Of a stretch of 64,000 nt of DNA, positions 26,331 through 38,300 are shown piece by piece. Each line of letters starts with the position of its first letter. The first letter of the stretch is position 1. This stretch comes from Mobula hypostoma (taxonomy: Eukaryota). The translations under genes and the position numbers were made by a program. Under the pieces are notes generated by a model, which worked only from the letters and a program-made list of their open reading frames with translations, was not told the DNA's origin and ran no database searches. The stretch covers positions 83,454,001 to 83,518,000 of the forward strand of contig NC_086108.1 in NCBI RefSeq assembly GCF_963921235.1. The letters are read 5' to 3'.

Positions 26331-29300
26331 GTAAGAGACATGATGCTATAATTGCTGCAACACCGCTTCTGAATACCTGCTTCTTTGTACAAGATGCAGG
26401 TGAACTTCATTAATCTGTTCTTTGGTCCGAAGAACATTCAGGTCCAAGCCACGACAGCAAAAACAAATCTTGCATTACGATTTGTTTATTGGTACTCGGC
26501 CACGGAGGATGACTGTCTTCTATTGTCGGGGTGGATTTAAGTAGACCTTTTTTTTAGGAACAACAGCTTAGATGTCATGTCTTAGAAAACTCAGGCAAGA
26601 TTGTTATGATACATATTTGACTGGGATATTCAGTAGTAGTTGAACTGAGACAGCTGGAGTCATGTGATAGAGAGATGCACTCAGTGAATATTCATTTTGG
26701 AGCTTTTGGAGCAATATGTGGTTTTGAGGTTGGGCCTGTTGGCGAAAGAATAAAGCCGGTAATTAAGGAGTAGATTTATGGTAGGGATAGAAAGCAATAG
26801 CTTTTGTATTACGAGGTATTAGTTGAAAAAAGTTTCTGCTGTTTCATTGCTGGTATTGGACAATTCTGACAACTCGTAAAGAAAGTGAAAGGTTTACTAA
26901 AGATGGCAATAAGAGAGGTGGATGATGGCCGCATATATGGAGACTTTGGATGATGCTGAGGTGAACCATGAAAATGAGAAACACAAGGAAGCCAAGAATA
27001 GTCCTTGGCATCATTCTGTTGTACTTTGCAACAATCTGTTGATTTGTGCTCGTCACTATTTATTGTTGTGTTTACTATCACCATGTGTACTGTTTATGCT
27101 GTGAGCCTCATACAAGCAAGGAATTTTATTGCACCTTGGTGCATATAACAATAAACTAACCTTAATGTGGAAGACTGGAGCAGTAATGGCAAGGACATGT
27201 AAGAGGGATCTGGATGCAGCTGATTGCTTAATAGATCTATAATCCTTTTTTCAATCCTATCTTTCCCGTGTAGATTTGCCAACAGCAGTTTTGCAGGAGC
27301 TACTGCATTTTTTTAACATTTACGACCTGGAGAGGATTGAAGAGATTGCGGTAAACAAAGGTAAGGTTAAAGTTCTGAGTGCTTTAAACCATCCTTTGAA
27401 AAAAATTAAAATATTGATAATTGAATTGTCAAATTGGGGTATACTTTATGTTAAGGGGAGATAATGCAACCTTTTTGCAGGGTAGTGGTGTCCAAGATTA
27501 AAAAGCTTAGGTTTAAGGTGAGCAAGGAAAGATTTAAGTGGGATTTGGAAGGCAAGCTATTTGTACAGTTGGTACTGGGTATATGGCATGAACTACCAGA
27601 GGATATGATAACATTAGCTACAATTACAATATTTAAATTATATTTGGACTGGTATATGGATAGTAAAGTTTAGACAGATATGGGCCAAAATCAAGCAAGT
27701 GGAACGAGCGTATGTTGACATCTTGTTCGGCATGGGTAGGCTAACCAATCCTGATTAAGGGTCTTGGCGCAAAATGTCAACTGTTTGCTTTTTTCCATAG
27801 ATGCTGCCTGGCCTGCCGATTTCCTCCAGCATCTTGTGTGTGTTGCTTGGATTTCTAGTATCTGCAGATTTTCTTGTGTTTGCAGCCTCCATGTCCCTCC
27901 ATTTTCTACACATTCACATGCCTATCTGACACCTCCTTGAATGCTTCTACCATAATTGCTGCCGCTACCACTGCTGGCAGTGCATTCCAGGCACTCGCCT
28001 CTCTGTTTAAATAGAACTTGCTCTGCCTATCTCCTTTGAACTTATCTCAAATGCACACCCTCTAGTATTAGACATTTTGACCCTGGGAAGAAAGAAACCG
28101 GCTGTCTATCTATGCCTTTCATAATCCTATAAACTTTTTTCAGGTCTCCCCTCATCTTCTTCTGCTCCAAAGAAAACAACCCAGGTTTGGCAAACTTCTC
28201 TTCATGGCATGTTCCCTCTAATCCAGGCAGCATCCTGGTAAAGCTCTTTTGCACCTCCTGCAAAACCTTTGCATCCTTCCTATTATGGAGAGACCAGAAA
28301 GCTGAATGCACAACTTCAGACATGACCTAACCAGAGTTTTATGAAGATCAGAAGATTAGAAGGTTAATATAAGAATAAGGGAGTGTTGAGAGACAAAATA
28401 TGTTAGCACTTATATTTGTGTTTCAGGCCTTTTCCTGAATATTCATGGTAAATATTTAGTTGACTACTATTAGATGAGATGCGATCCCACCTCCCTATGG
28501 TTCAAACCTTGCAGGTATGGTTTGAAGAGGAGCTGGGAATTGTCCGTTGTTTTGCAGTTTATTTTTCCTTTGTCATAGTCATGAAATAAATAACTGATTT
28601 TTCTTGTATATTATTGGCTCATAATGTGAATGCAGAATGGTGTTTTGTTTGCATTCTTGAGTAAAAATCTTGTGAAATCAGCATAATAGTCATTACATAG
28701 AAGTTTGTGAGCAGAATGCCACCTTTATTCTGACAGATTGAAGCTAACGCATGTTTATCCCATCTCCACAAGTTCAGAAAAGGCAGTTCGTATCTTGAAA
28801 ACAATTTTATTAGAGCCAAACCTATTCAGTCTTTCTTCATTGCTAAACTGTCTACTTCTCATAAGATGGCCCATACCTCAAGGGATAAATATATATACAG
28901 GTGACCCCTGCCCCCCCCCACCCAGATATTGCAGAATTCACAAATCACAATGCAGAAATTTGAGATATAGAATGAAGTTTGCTTTCATGGAATTATTGTG
29001 GAAAAATGTCAAAGTTCAAAGTAAAATTTATTACCAGAGTACGTGCATATCACCACATACACCCCTGAGATTCTTTTTCCAGAGGCACATTTAGCAAATC
29101 TCTGGAACAGTAACTATAAACAGAATCTATGGAAGAGCAAGAACATAGCAGGCAACAAATTTTGCAAATGCAAATATATAAATAAATAGCAATAAATAAC
29201 GAGAGCATAAAATAACAAGATAAAGTGTTTGAAGCAACGTCATTGGTTGCGGGAACACCAGAAGTAGATGAGTATAGTTGTCCTCTTTTGTTCAATAGCC

Positions 29301-32300
29301 TGATGATTGAATAAACCAAAATAAAATTAATTTCTTTTCAACACGTGTTTCTTGATGCATGCGCTGATATAGCAGCTTTGTGTTACAGAAAATTATGATT
29401 AAGCCTGTTTTCTGAAAATGCAACTGCTCCATAACATGTGGGTCACCCACACGCACCATGGAGCCAGGTGGTTACTTCTGATAAATTTTGATGCCCTGCT
29501 TATTTGTTTTCTTCTCTTTCCCTTTCTTTTGGTGTTCTGGTACTTTGCTGCAATCTAGCCCCCTCAAATGGACTTACTGCTGCATTCCAGCTTTCAATAT
29601 TAATATCTCAATTTGTCTACTTTTTATATTTTCTAGGTATTTCTACTCAGGCTTTTTGGCTTCAGATTTGGAAGGATGTGATAGGAACAAATCCTAAAGC
29701 TAAAATAGTAAGTTGATCCACCCTGGCCCTGTCAATGTTTTTATGCAATTTTTACAATTCTTTACGATTTTTAATAAATATTTGAAGCAAAAATTAGGGA
29801 ATTCAATACAACCAATAATTAGAATCATAGTTATTATATTTGCCAATTTTGTGGAAACATAAACTGCAACACAATTTATTGCTATCAATGAAAAGCCATA
29901 GCATAGTTTTAATTTGCATTCAATCTGTTATTGAATTAAATTCACTAGAATGTATAGAAGCTTGAAATACTTTTTAAAAAAAAAACAAAAAGTGCTGGAT
30001 ATACTAAGCAGGTCAGGTCACGCTTGTAGAGAGAGAAACGGGTAACACTTCTGATTGAAGATCTCCCGTCATAATTGAGAAAGAGACAAAGGGGACTTAT
30101 TAAACTGCAGGGTGGGTGGAGTTTAGGGAAATGTCTGTGATAGAGTAAAGCAGGAGTGACCATGGTGGAAAAAGCTACAAACAATGTATTTGATCAATGA
30201 AGTGTATATGATCCATGAGCGAATGGCAGAAGTTAAAGAGTGAAAACAGACCAAGGAATTTGGAGCTGGACATGCCCAGCAGGTCACACTGGGCATGTTC
30301 TCTATGCATACAGGTGGAAAAAAGCTTGAAAAGAACTCAAGCACGCTGGACACTGATATAGACAGCAAGGAAGTTACCTGAAATGGTAGCTTTCAGTATT
30401 AAACAAAAATGAACAACTTTTACTTGGGTCTTCACCTGGGTATGTAATGACAAATGTACACTAATCTGCTGATTCCAAGTAGGAACATAAAAAAGCAACA
30501 CACATAAAAATTGCTGGTGAACGCAGCAGGCCGGGCAGCATCTATAGGAAGAGGTACAGTTGACGTTTCGGGCCGAGACCCTTGGTCAGGACTAACTGAA
30601 AGAAGAGATAGTAAGAGATTTGAAAGTGGGAGGGGGAGGGGGAGGGGGAGGGGGAGATCTGAAATGATAGGAGAAGGCAGGAGGGCGCGGGTTGGAGCCA
30701 AGAGCCGGAAAGTTGATTGGCAAAAGGGATGTGAGAGGATCTGGCTCCCACCGCTTTGTTTTCACCATGGATGTCCAGTCCCTATATACTTCCATCCCCC
30801 ACCAGGAAGCTCTCAAAGCTTTCCGCTTCTTTTTGGATTCCAGACCTAATCAGTTCCCCTCTACCAAGTCTGTCTAGCGGAATTAGTCCTTACTCTTAAT
30901 AATTTCTCCTTTGGCTCCTCCCACTTCCTCCAAACTAAAGGTGTAGCCACAGGCACCCGTATGGGTCCCAGCTATGCCTGCCTTTTTGTTGGCTTTGTGG
31001 AACAATCCATGTTCCAAGCCAATACTGGTATCTGTCCCCCACTTTTCCTTCGCTACATCGACGACTGCATTGGCGCTGCTTCCTGCATGCATGCTGAGCT
31101 TGTTGACTTCATTAACTTTTATCCTGCCCTCAAATTTACCTGGTCCATTTCTGACACCTCCCTCCCCTTTCTTGATCTTTCTGTCTCTATCTCTGGAGAC
31201 AGCTTATCTACTGATGCCTACTATAAGCCTACGGACTCTCACAGTTACCTGGACTATTCCTCCTCACCCTGTCTCTTGCAAAAATGCCATCCCCTTCTCG
31301 CAATTCCTCCGTCTCTGCTGCATCTGCTCTCAGGATGAGGCTTTTCATTTCAGGACGAAGGAGATGTCCTCCTTTTTTAAAGAAAGGGACTTCCCTTCAT
31401 CCACCGTCAACTCTGCTCTCAAATGCATCTCTCCCATTTCACGCACATTTGCTCTCACCCCATCTTCCCCCCCACCCCACTAGGAATAGGGTTCCCCTTG
31501 TCCTCACCTTCCACCCCACCAGCCTCCGGGTCCAAAATATAGTTCTCTGTAACTTCTGCCACCTCCAACGAGATCCCACCACTAAGCACATCTTTCCCTC
31601 CCCCCGCCCCCCCACTTTCCGCACGGATCACTCCCCATGCGACTCCCTTGTCCATTCGTCCCCCCATCCCTTCCCACCGATCTCCCTCCCGGCACTTATC
31701 CTTGTAAGCGGAAAAAGGGCTACACATGCCCTTACACTTCCTCCCTCACCACCATTCAAGGCCCCAGACAGTCCTTCCAGGTGAGACGACACTTCACCCG
31801 TGAGTCAGCTGGGGTGATATACTGTGTCCGGTGCTCCCGGTGTGGGCTTCTATATATTGGCAAGACCCGACGCAGGCTGGGAGACCGTTTCGCTGAACAC
31901 TACTTTCTGTCCGCCAGAGAAAGCAGAATCTCCCAGTGGCCACACATTTTAATTCCACGTCCCATTCCCTTTCTGATATGTCTATCCACGGCCGCCTCTA
32001 CTGTCAAGATGAAGCCACACTCAGGTTGGAGGGACAACACCTTATATTCCGTCTGGGTAGCCTCCAACCTGATGGCATGAACATTGACTTCCCTAACTTC
32101 TGTTAATGCCCCACCTCTCCTTTGTACCCCATCCGTTATTTATTTATTATTATTATTAATTTTTTCCCTCTCTCTCCTTTTTGTCCCTCTGTCCCTCTCA
32201 CTTATACTCCTTGCCCATCCTCTGGTTTTCCCCGCCCCCACCTTTTCTTTCTCCCTAGGCCTGCTGTCCTATGATCCTCTCATATCCCTTTTGCCAATCA

Positions 32301-35300
32301 ACTGTCCAGCTCTTGGCTCCATCCCTCCCCCTCCTGTCTTCTCCTATCATTTCGGATCTCCCCTTCCCCCTCCCACTTTCAAATCTCTTACTAGCTCTTC
32401 CTTCAGTTAGTCCTGACGAAGGGTCTCAGCCCGAAACGTCGACTGTACATCTTCCTGCCTGGCCTGCTATGTTCACCAGCAATTTTTATGTGTGTTGCTT
32501 GAAATTCCAGCATCTGCAGATTTCCTCATGTTTGGGGAACATATAAAAAATATTCTTTTGGTTCAAATTTGACGCCTTTTGAATTTATTTGAAATATATG
32601 CATTTCTGACTTATTTAACATCAACTGAGCTTCCTTTGGCAAATATCATGATTAAGTAGTTGGCAAGCACTAATGTGAAGCAGTATGGTTTTCCTGTAAT
32701 ATTTTGCTCCTGTGTTCATTTACTGTAATATTGCTTCAAATGTTAGCTGACTCGATCTGTTTTCTTGCAGTATATATTTAAAAAAAACTGGATTATTAGT
32801 TACACTTGGTGGATTAAAAGTTTATTCTCCCGCATGATAAACGGTGCATTTTTCTGTGGTATTACTAAGGGCACTAACAAAGTCAGAGTTATTTATTATC
32901 GTCGTATGTATATGGTACCATTTACTACCTTGAGATTCATTTTCTCAAAGCCATTTACAGGACAATTAAAAAAAATAGTATTTATGAAAAACTGTAAATG
33001 AAGACTGATAAATAAACAATATGCTCAATAAAAAAATTGTGAAACATAAGTTCCTAGTTAAGAGTAGAGAAAATAATATTAAAAGTGATTCTTAAGAATG
33101 TTCGAGATGTTTCTAGAAATGTCATGGTGACCTATTGCTCCTGTGTATTGACCTGTCTTTCCTTCATTACTACAGGAACCTGTTAATTGGAGGCAAAAAT
33201 TCTTGCAAACATTCTTTCATGGTGTTTTGTGGGGAACATTGGATACTTCGAGTGACAGGCGATTATATAATTCTCGTTCATCGGCATTAACTCTTGCTTC
33301 CCGACACGTTAGCAAGCTGGTCATACGCAACAAGCTGCAAGGAGTGAAAGAACTTGCTGATAATCCAAGCATTTGTAGGCGTTTGGCATGTACAGTGCAC
33401 AAACTGGTGTTTCAACATCTACGTTCTGCGGATCAAATGTTGCAACATTCACTGTTAACTTTGCTTCATAGTCTCATTCACCATGGAATTGTGAAGGAGC
33501 TGGCATTGTCACACTGGAATGAACCCCATCCTGAATTATTGGCCCTCCTACTGAAGACAAGTGCAGGACTGTGGCATGCAGGAAAGAGAGAACATCAGTG
33601 TGTTGATTGTTGTGATGAGGATAGGCTAAAGACGAACATTAAAGCAAAGTATCCAACAGATCAGGGAAATACATTGGATTTTTACCAGCAGGAAGCTGGA
33701 AAGACTGCTTTATCTGACAGGAGATTTGGTACTACTGACGACAGTGGAGCAAAGAAAGTCATGTCTGCAGCTATCAATATTATTTCTGATGATCTGATTT
33801 CTCCAAGTTCACATCATGTAACCTACAAAGAAATAACACATGGAGATGTTGGGATGGCAGATGAGTCTAGCAGTTATAATACATGCAAGACTCATCCTAA
33901 AAAATGCAAGTCCTGTCTCAGGATGTATGGTCCATTGAGGAATCATGATGCACACAGTATTGTTTCAGATGTAAAGCTTTTTTCAGAAGGTAATGGCAGA
34001 ACATTGGCAGGAGCACACTGTTCTGTACCACATGGTCTGTATGATCCCACATGTCATTCCAACAAGACTTGTGAAAGCAATTGTGGCAGTGGGCAACAGA
34101 TTATTAAAGGGCAGTTGTATCCTACATATCATAGAGTTATGGAAGAAACTGAGTATTCTGAACCACATCATAGTGCTCCTGAAGAGAGTGCAAGCTGTTT
34201 CCATGAAGCTGAAAGAAGGACATATAAAGAACCAAAGACTTACGGTACTGTCACTCGGACTTTAGAAAAGTTAGTGTGTTGTAAATATGCAAATGTCTTT
34301 CAAAAATGCAACTCTGTAATTGTACGAGAAGATTCTTCTTCAGAAGAGCCACATTCTCCAAGTAAGAGCTTTGGAGAATTTGGAACAAATGCATGCAATG
34401 GAACTTCAGATGAATTGTATGTTTTCCATCAAAGCACTCTTCCCTCAGAACATTTGTCTCCATGTTATACAAATAAAAAGCTACGACTCACAGATGTATG
34501 TAACTTTAAGTCAGCAGAAAAACCAAAGACAAATCAAAGGTTATCTGAAGAGTTTGAGAAACAAGGAGACATCTATGACTATATATTTATGTTAGGTAAA
34601 AATAAAGCTAACTCTGCACAAAACACATCAGACACTGATGAAGACAGTGACAGCCTGATGGAACAGAGTGATCTTGGTTTTACCGGGGAAGAGCAAGCCA
34701 ATGAAACACTTCCTCCTTCTCCTGAGCTGTATGTGAGGAGTGTGTCGGCGTTGGAAATTACGTCGGTCTCATTGTCCTACGGTTCTGCTGTGATGCTATC
34801 CAGGTTGCTCAGTTCATGGGTTTCCCTCCAGAAACTGGTTTTGGAATATAATGGTTAGTCTGGGACGTTTGTAAAGAAGAAATAAAAGCTCTTACATAAT
34901 TTGCAACTATAGTTCATTCTGAGCTTCAGCAGAAAACTCAAACATGATTAAGTATTTTTATTTAGCTGCATTATGTGTGTGACCAAATAGGTGAAGTTTT
35001 GTATTTGGTTTATAAGCACAACCAATAATCATGCCACTGTAAAAGGTTATTTTGTAACTTCTCCCCAACACTTGCATTAAAACAGGAAAAAAAAGAATAG
35101 GAATCTAGTTCAAGTTTTGAACACCACTAAATCTTTTCTACCAGATTTACAATTTACAATTCTCTTGGAATTATCTTACCATTTTGTCAATTTATGATAA
35201 ATGCTGTCAAATTAGTGTGTGAACATTGCCATGACTATTTTTCAGTTTTCTCTGGATATAAAGAATCCAGCATTAGTTATTTTTGTCTAATCCCATTAAG

Positions 35301-38300
35301 TAATTTTGCTGTTTTAGTAAGGCCAGTGAGTTTTTGAGGAAAAGTTATCAATGCATTTTCTGTGTCTAACCATTCCCAAGTTTCAATTAGGTCAAGTGAT
35401 TCTTTTGTAACTAAGCCTCAATCAACCTTATAACCTGATGGTAAGCTGGTGTTGATTTAGCCAAAATATTTCACAAAAATTAGCAATAAAATAGTGTTTA
35501 GATACATGCTATAAGGTTTTAAAAAGATCCATTTGTCACTTAGTTATTTCTCTTGCTTTTAGGCCTGGGTCCTGCCATTTTTCTGATCCTCAAAGGACTC
35601 TATGTTCTCTCCTGTTGCCACAGCAGTTGTCTTTCCACTCTTGTATTAAAAGATGATATTCTACACCTCCCCCTGGTAAAACTATTGAAAATTATAATTG
35701 GCATCTTCCCTCATCTTCAAACATTCCATTTGAGATTCCTGTTAGAAATTCGAAATGAGTCATTAGAAAACCAGCTATTGATCGATACTCCAGAAATAGC
35801 AGGTGGGTAATTTTCAGTTGTATTGATTTACTTCACATTACCTTCAGGATGATTGGGAGAAAGGTTTGATCATTGTGATTGTGAAATTGTATTTAGGATT
35901 CAGAAGATTGTCAAGAAAGCTGTTCGATAACAGCAGTGTAAGATTGGAATGTAAACTGAAACTCAGTCTTTCAACTCAGTTAGAAAACTTTGGAGGTATA
36001 ATTCAGTTATAATCAATTACAGGAAGAGGGAAAGGAGGCTCTTTTTTGGGTGAAGACAAAGACTGTCAGCTCTAAAATGGACAGGTTGTCTTACAAGGAA
36101 AAGATGATAAGGCTTAGCTTGTATTCATTGGAGTTTAGAAGATTGAAAGGCAGCTTGGTTGAAAAATACAAAATCCTAAATGGCATTTATTCTAATGATG
36201 AATGCAGAGAGGAGTTTCCTCTGATGGGAGAACATGGAAAAAGAGTCATTGTTTCTTCTAAAGGTTTAAAACAGGTGAAGCAATGTTTTTTTGTTCAGTG
36301 TCATGAGTCTTTGAAAGTTTCTTTAGCAAAGGATAGTAGAAAGTAAATTTTATACATTGTTAAGATTAGGTCAATAGATTCATGATGAGCAAAGAGGGGA
36401 ATGTGTTATTTTAGGTAAGTGAGAATGCAGAGTTCAGGTTGTAGTCAGATCAGCCATTGAATGGTGGAGCAGGCTTGGGACTAGGTGATCATTCCTGATC
36501 CCGATCTTGATTTTTTTTTTAAAGTTAGCGGGAAGAATTTGGAATAATAGCTGGGTGCAAAGCATTGATTCCGGGTGGTTATTGGTGTGTGTCAGTGTTT
36601 GGCTTCTGTGGAAGTAAAGTGGTGATAGAACTTTGGTTAACTATTCCTGGTTAGCAGACTTGGGTATTATAAAATTGCTTTATAACTTCTAGCTGTAAAG
36701 ATATATTGATTTGGATGTTTTCTTTTAAAGTCTTTTCTAAATCTTGATTTGTTTTTGCAGGTAGTTGCCTGAAGGATTTGAGTCTGAGTTGCACAAATGT
36801 GCCTCTACAAGTTGACATGCTGCTCACTGTTTTAAAAGAACTGAAATTCCTCAAACGTCTGAATCTGCACAAGGCATCGTTCAGTCCACCTGAGCAACTT
36901 GGCAAATTGCTACATGCAACTACATGTGCGTGGTAATGTACTCTGATGTTTGTCAAAAGTAATTTTCATATAATGTATGTCTCCCTATGAAATTTAACTT
37001 GTCATAACCATAATCACAAATTTTCTGTATGTCACCCAGGAAGTAAAAATGCACTAAAGCGATCCGTCTCATGCACCCTGTAATAATATATTGACAATGA
37101 AACACTTTAACACATAGTTTGTTAATTTCTTACTTCGACCTGGTATGATCAGTTACTTGGAATTCTAATGACTTTAGGTTCTCATGTTTAATATTCTCAT
37201 ATTATTGGTGAGAGTTCAAAAAGAGAAGCTCTGTCCACACCATATTTCCTTGTTTGTGAAACACCTTAACATAATGAAATGATAATTTTGCTCCTAGTCT
37301 CTCTCCCTATGTTAGAATGGATTACCATAGAAGATGTCAACCTTGCTGTTTGCTTTAAGGAAGTTCTAGATCTGTTGCGCAATGCTTCTTTCAAAGGTGA
37401 GATGTGGTACTGACGTTCCTGGACAAAAATTTTGGATAGCTTTTGTGAGTGAAGAATATATACAGTAGCCTGCAAAGGCTTGGGCACCCTTGGTAAAAAT
37501 TTCTGTTACTGTGAATAGCTAAGCGAGTAAAAGATGAACTGACCTCCAAAAGTCATAAAGTTAAAGACGAAACATTTTTTCAACATTTTAAGCAAGATTA
37601 GTGTATTATTTTTGTTTTGTACAATTTTAGAGTGAAAAAAGGAGCACCATGCAAAAGTTTGGGCACCCCAAGAGATTTGAGCTCTCAGGTAACTTTTACC
37701 AAGGTCTCAGACCTTAACTAGCTTGTTAGGGCGATGGCTTGTTCACAGTCATTGTTAGGAATGGCCAGGTGGTGCAAATTTCAAAGCCCTGACTCCTCAA
37801 ATCAGCAGCCATGGGCTCCTCTCAGCAGCTGCCTAGCACTCTGAAAATTAAAATAAATGATGCCCACAAAGCAGGAGAAGGCTATAAGAAGATAGCAAAG
37901 CATTTTCAGGTAGCCGTTTCCTCAGTTCGTAAGGTAATTAAGAAATGGCAGTTAACAGGAACGGTGGAGGTCAAGTTGAGGTCTGGAAGACCAAGAAAAC
38001 TTTCCGAGAGAACTGCTTGTTGGATTGCTAGAAAGGCAAATCAAAACCCCCATTTGAATGCAAAAGACCTTCAGGAAGATTTAGCAGACTCTGGAGTGGT
38101 GGTGCACTGTTCTACTGTGCAGTGACACCTGCACAAATATGACCTTCATGGAAGAGTCATCAGAAGAAAACCTTTCCTGCGTCCTCACCACAAAATTCAG
38201 CGTCAGAAGTTTGCAAAGGAACATCTAAACAAGCCTGATGTATTTTGGAAACAAGTCCTGTGGACTGATGGAGTTAATATAGAACTTTTTGGCTGCAATG

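Noticed and set aside
33203..34858. 551-aa ORF as a standalone single-exon gene
   Set aside because: It is LRRC41 exon 4, bounded by an acceptor at 33176 and a donor at 34853; the TTG is not a start.
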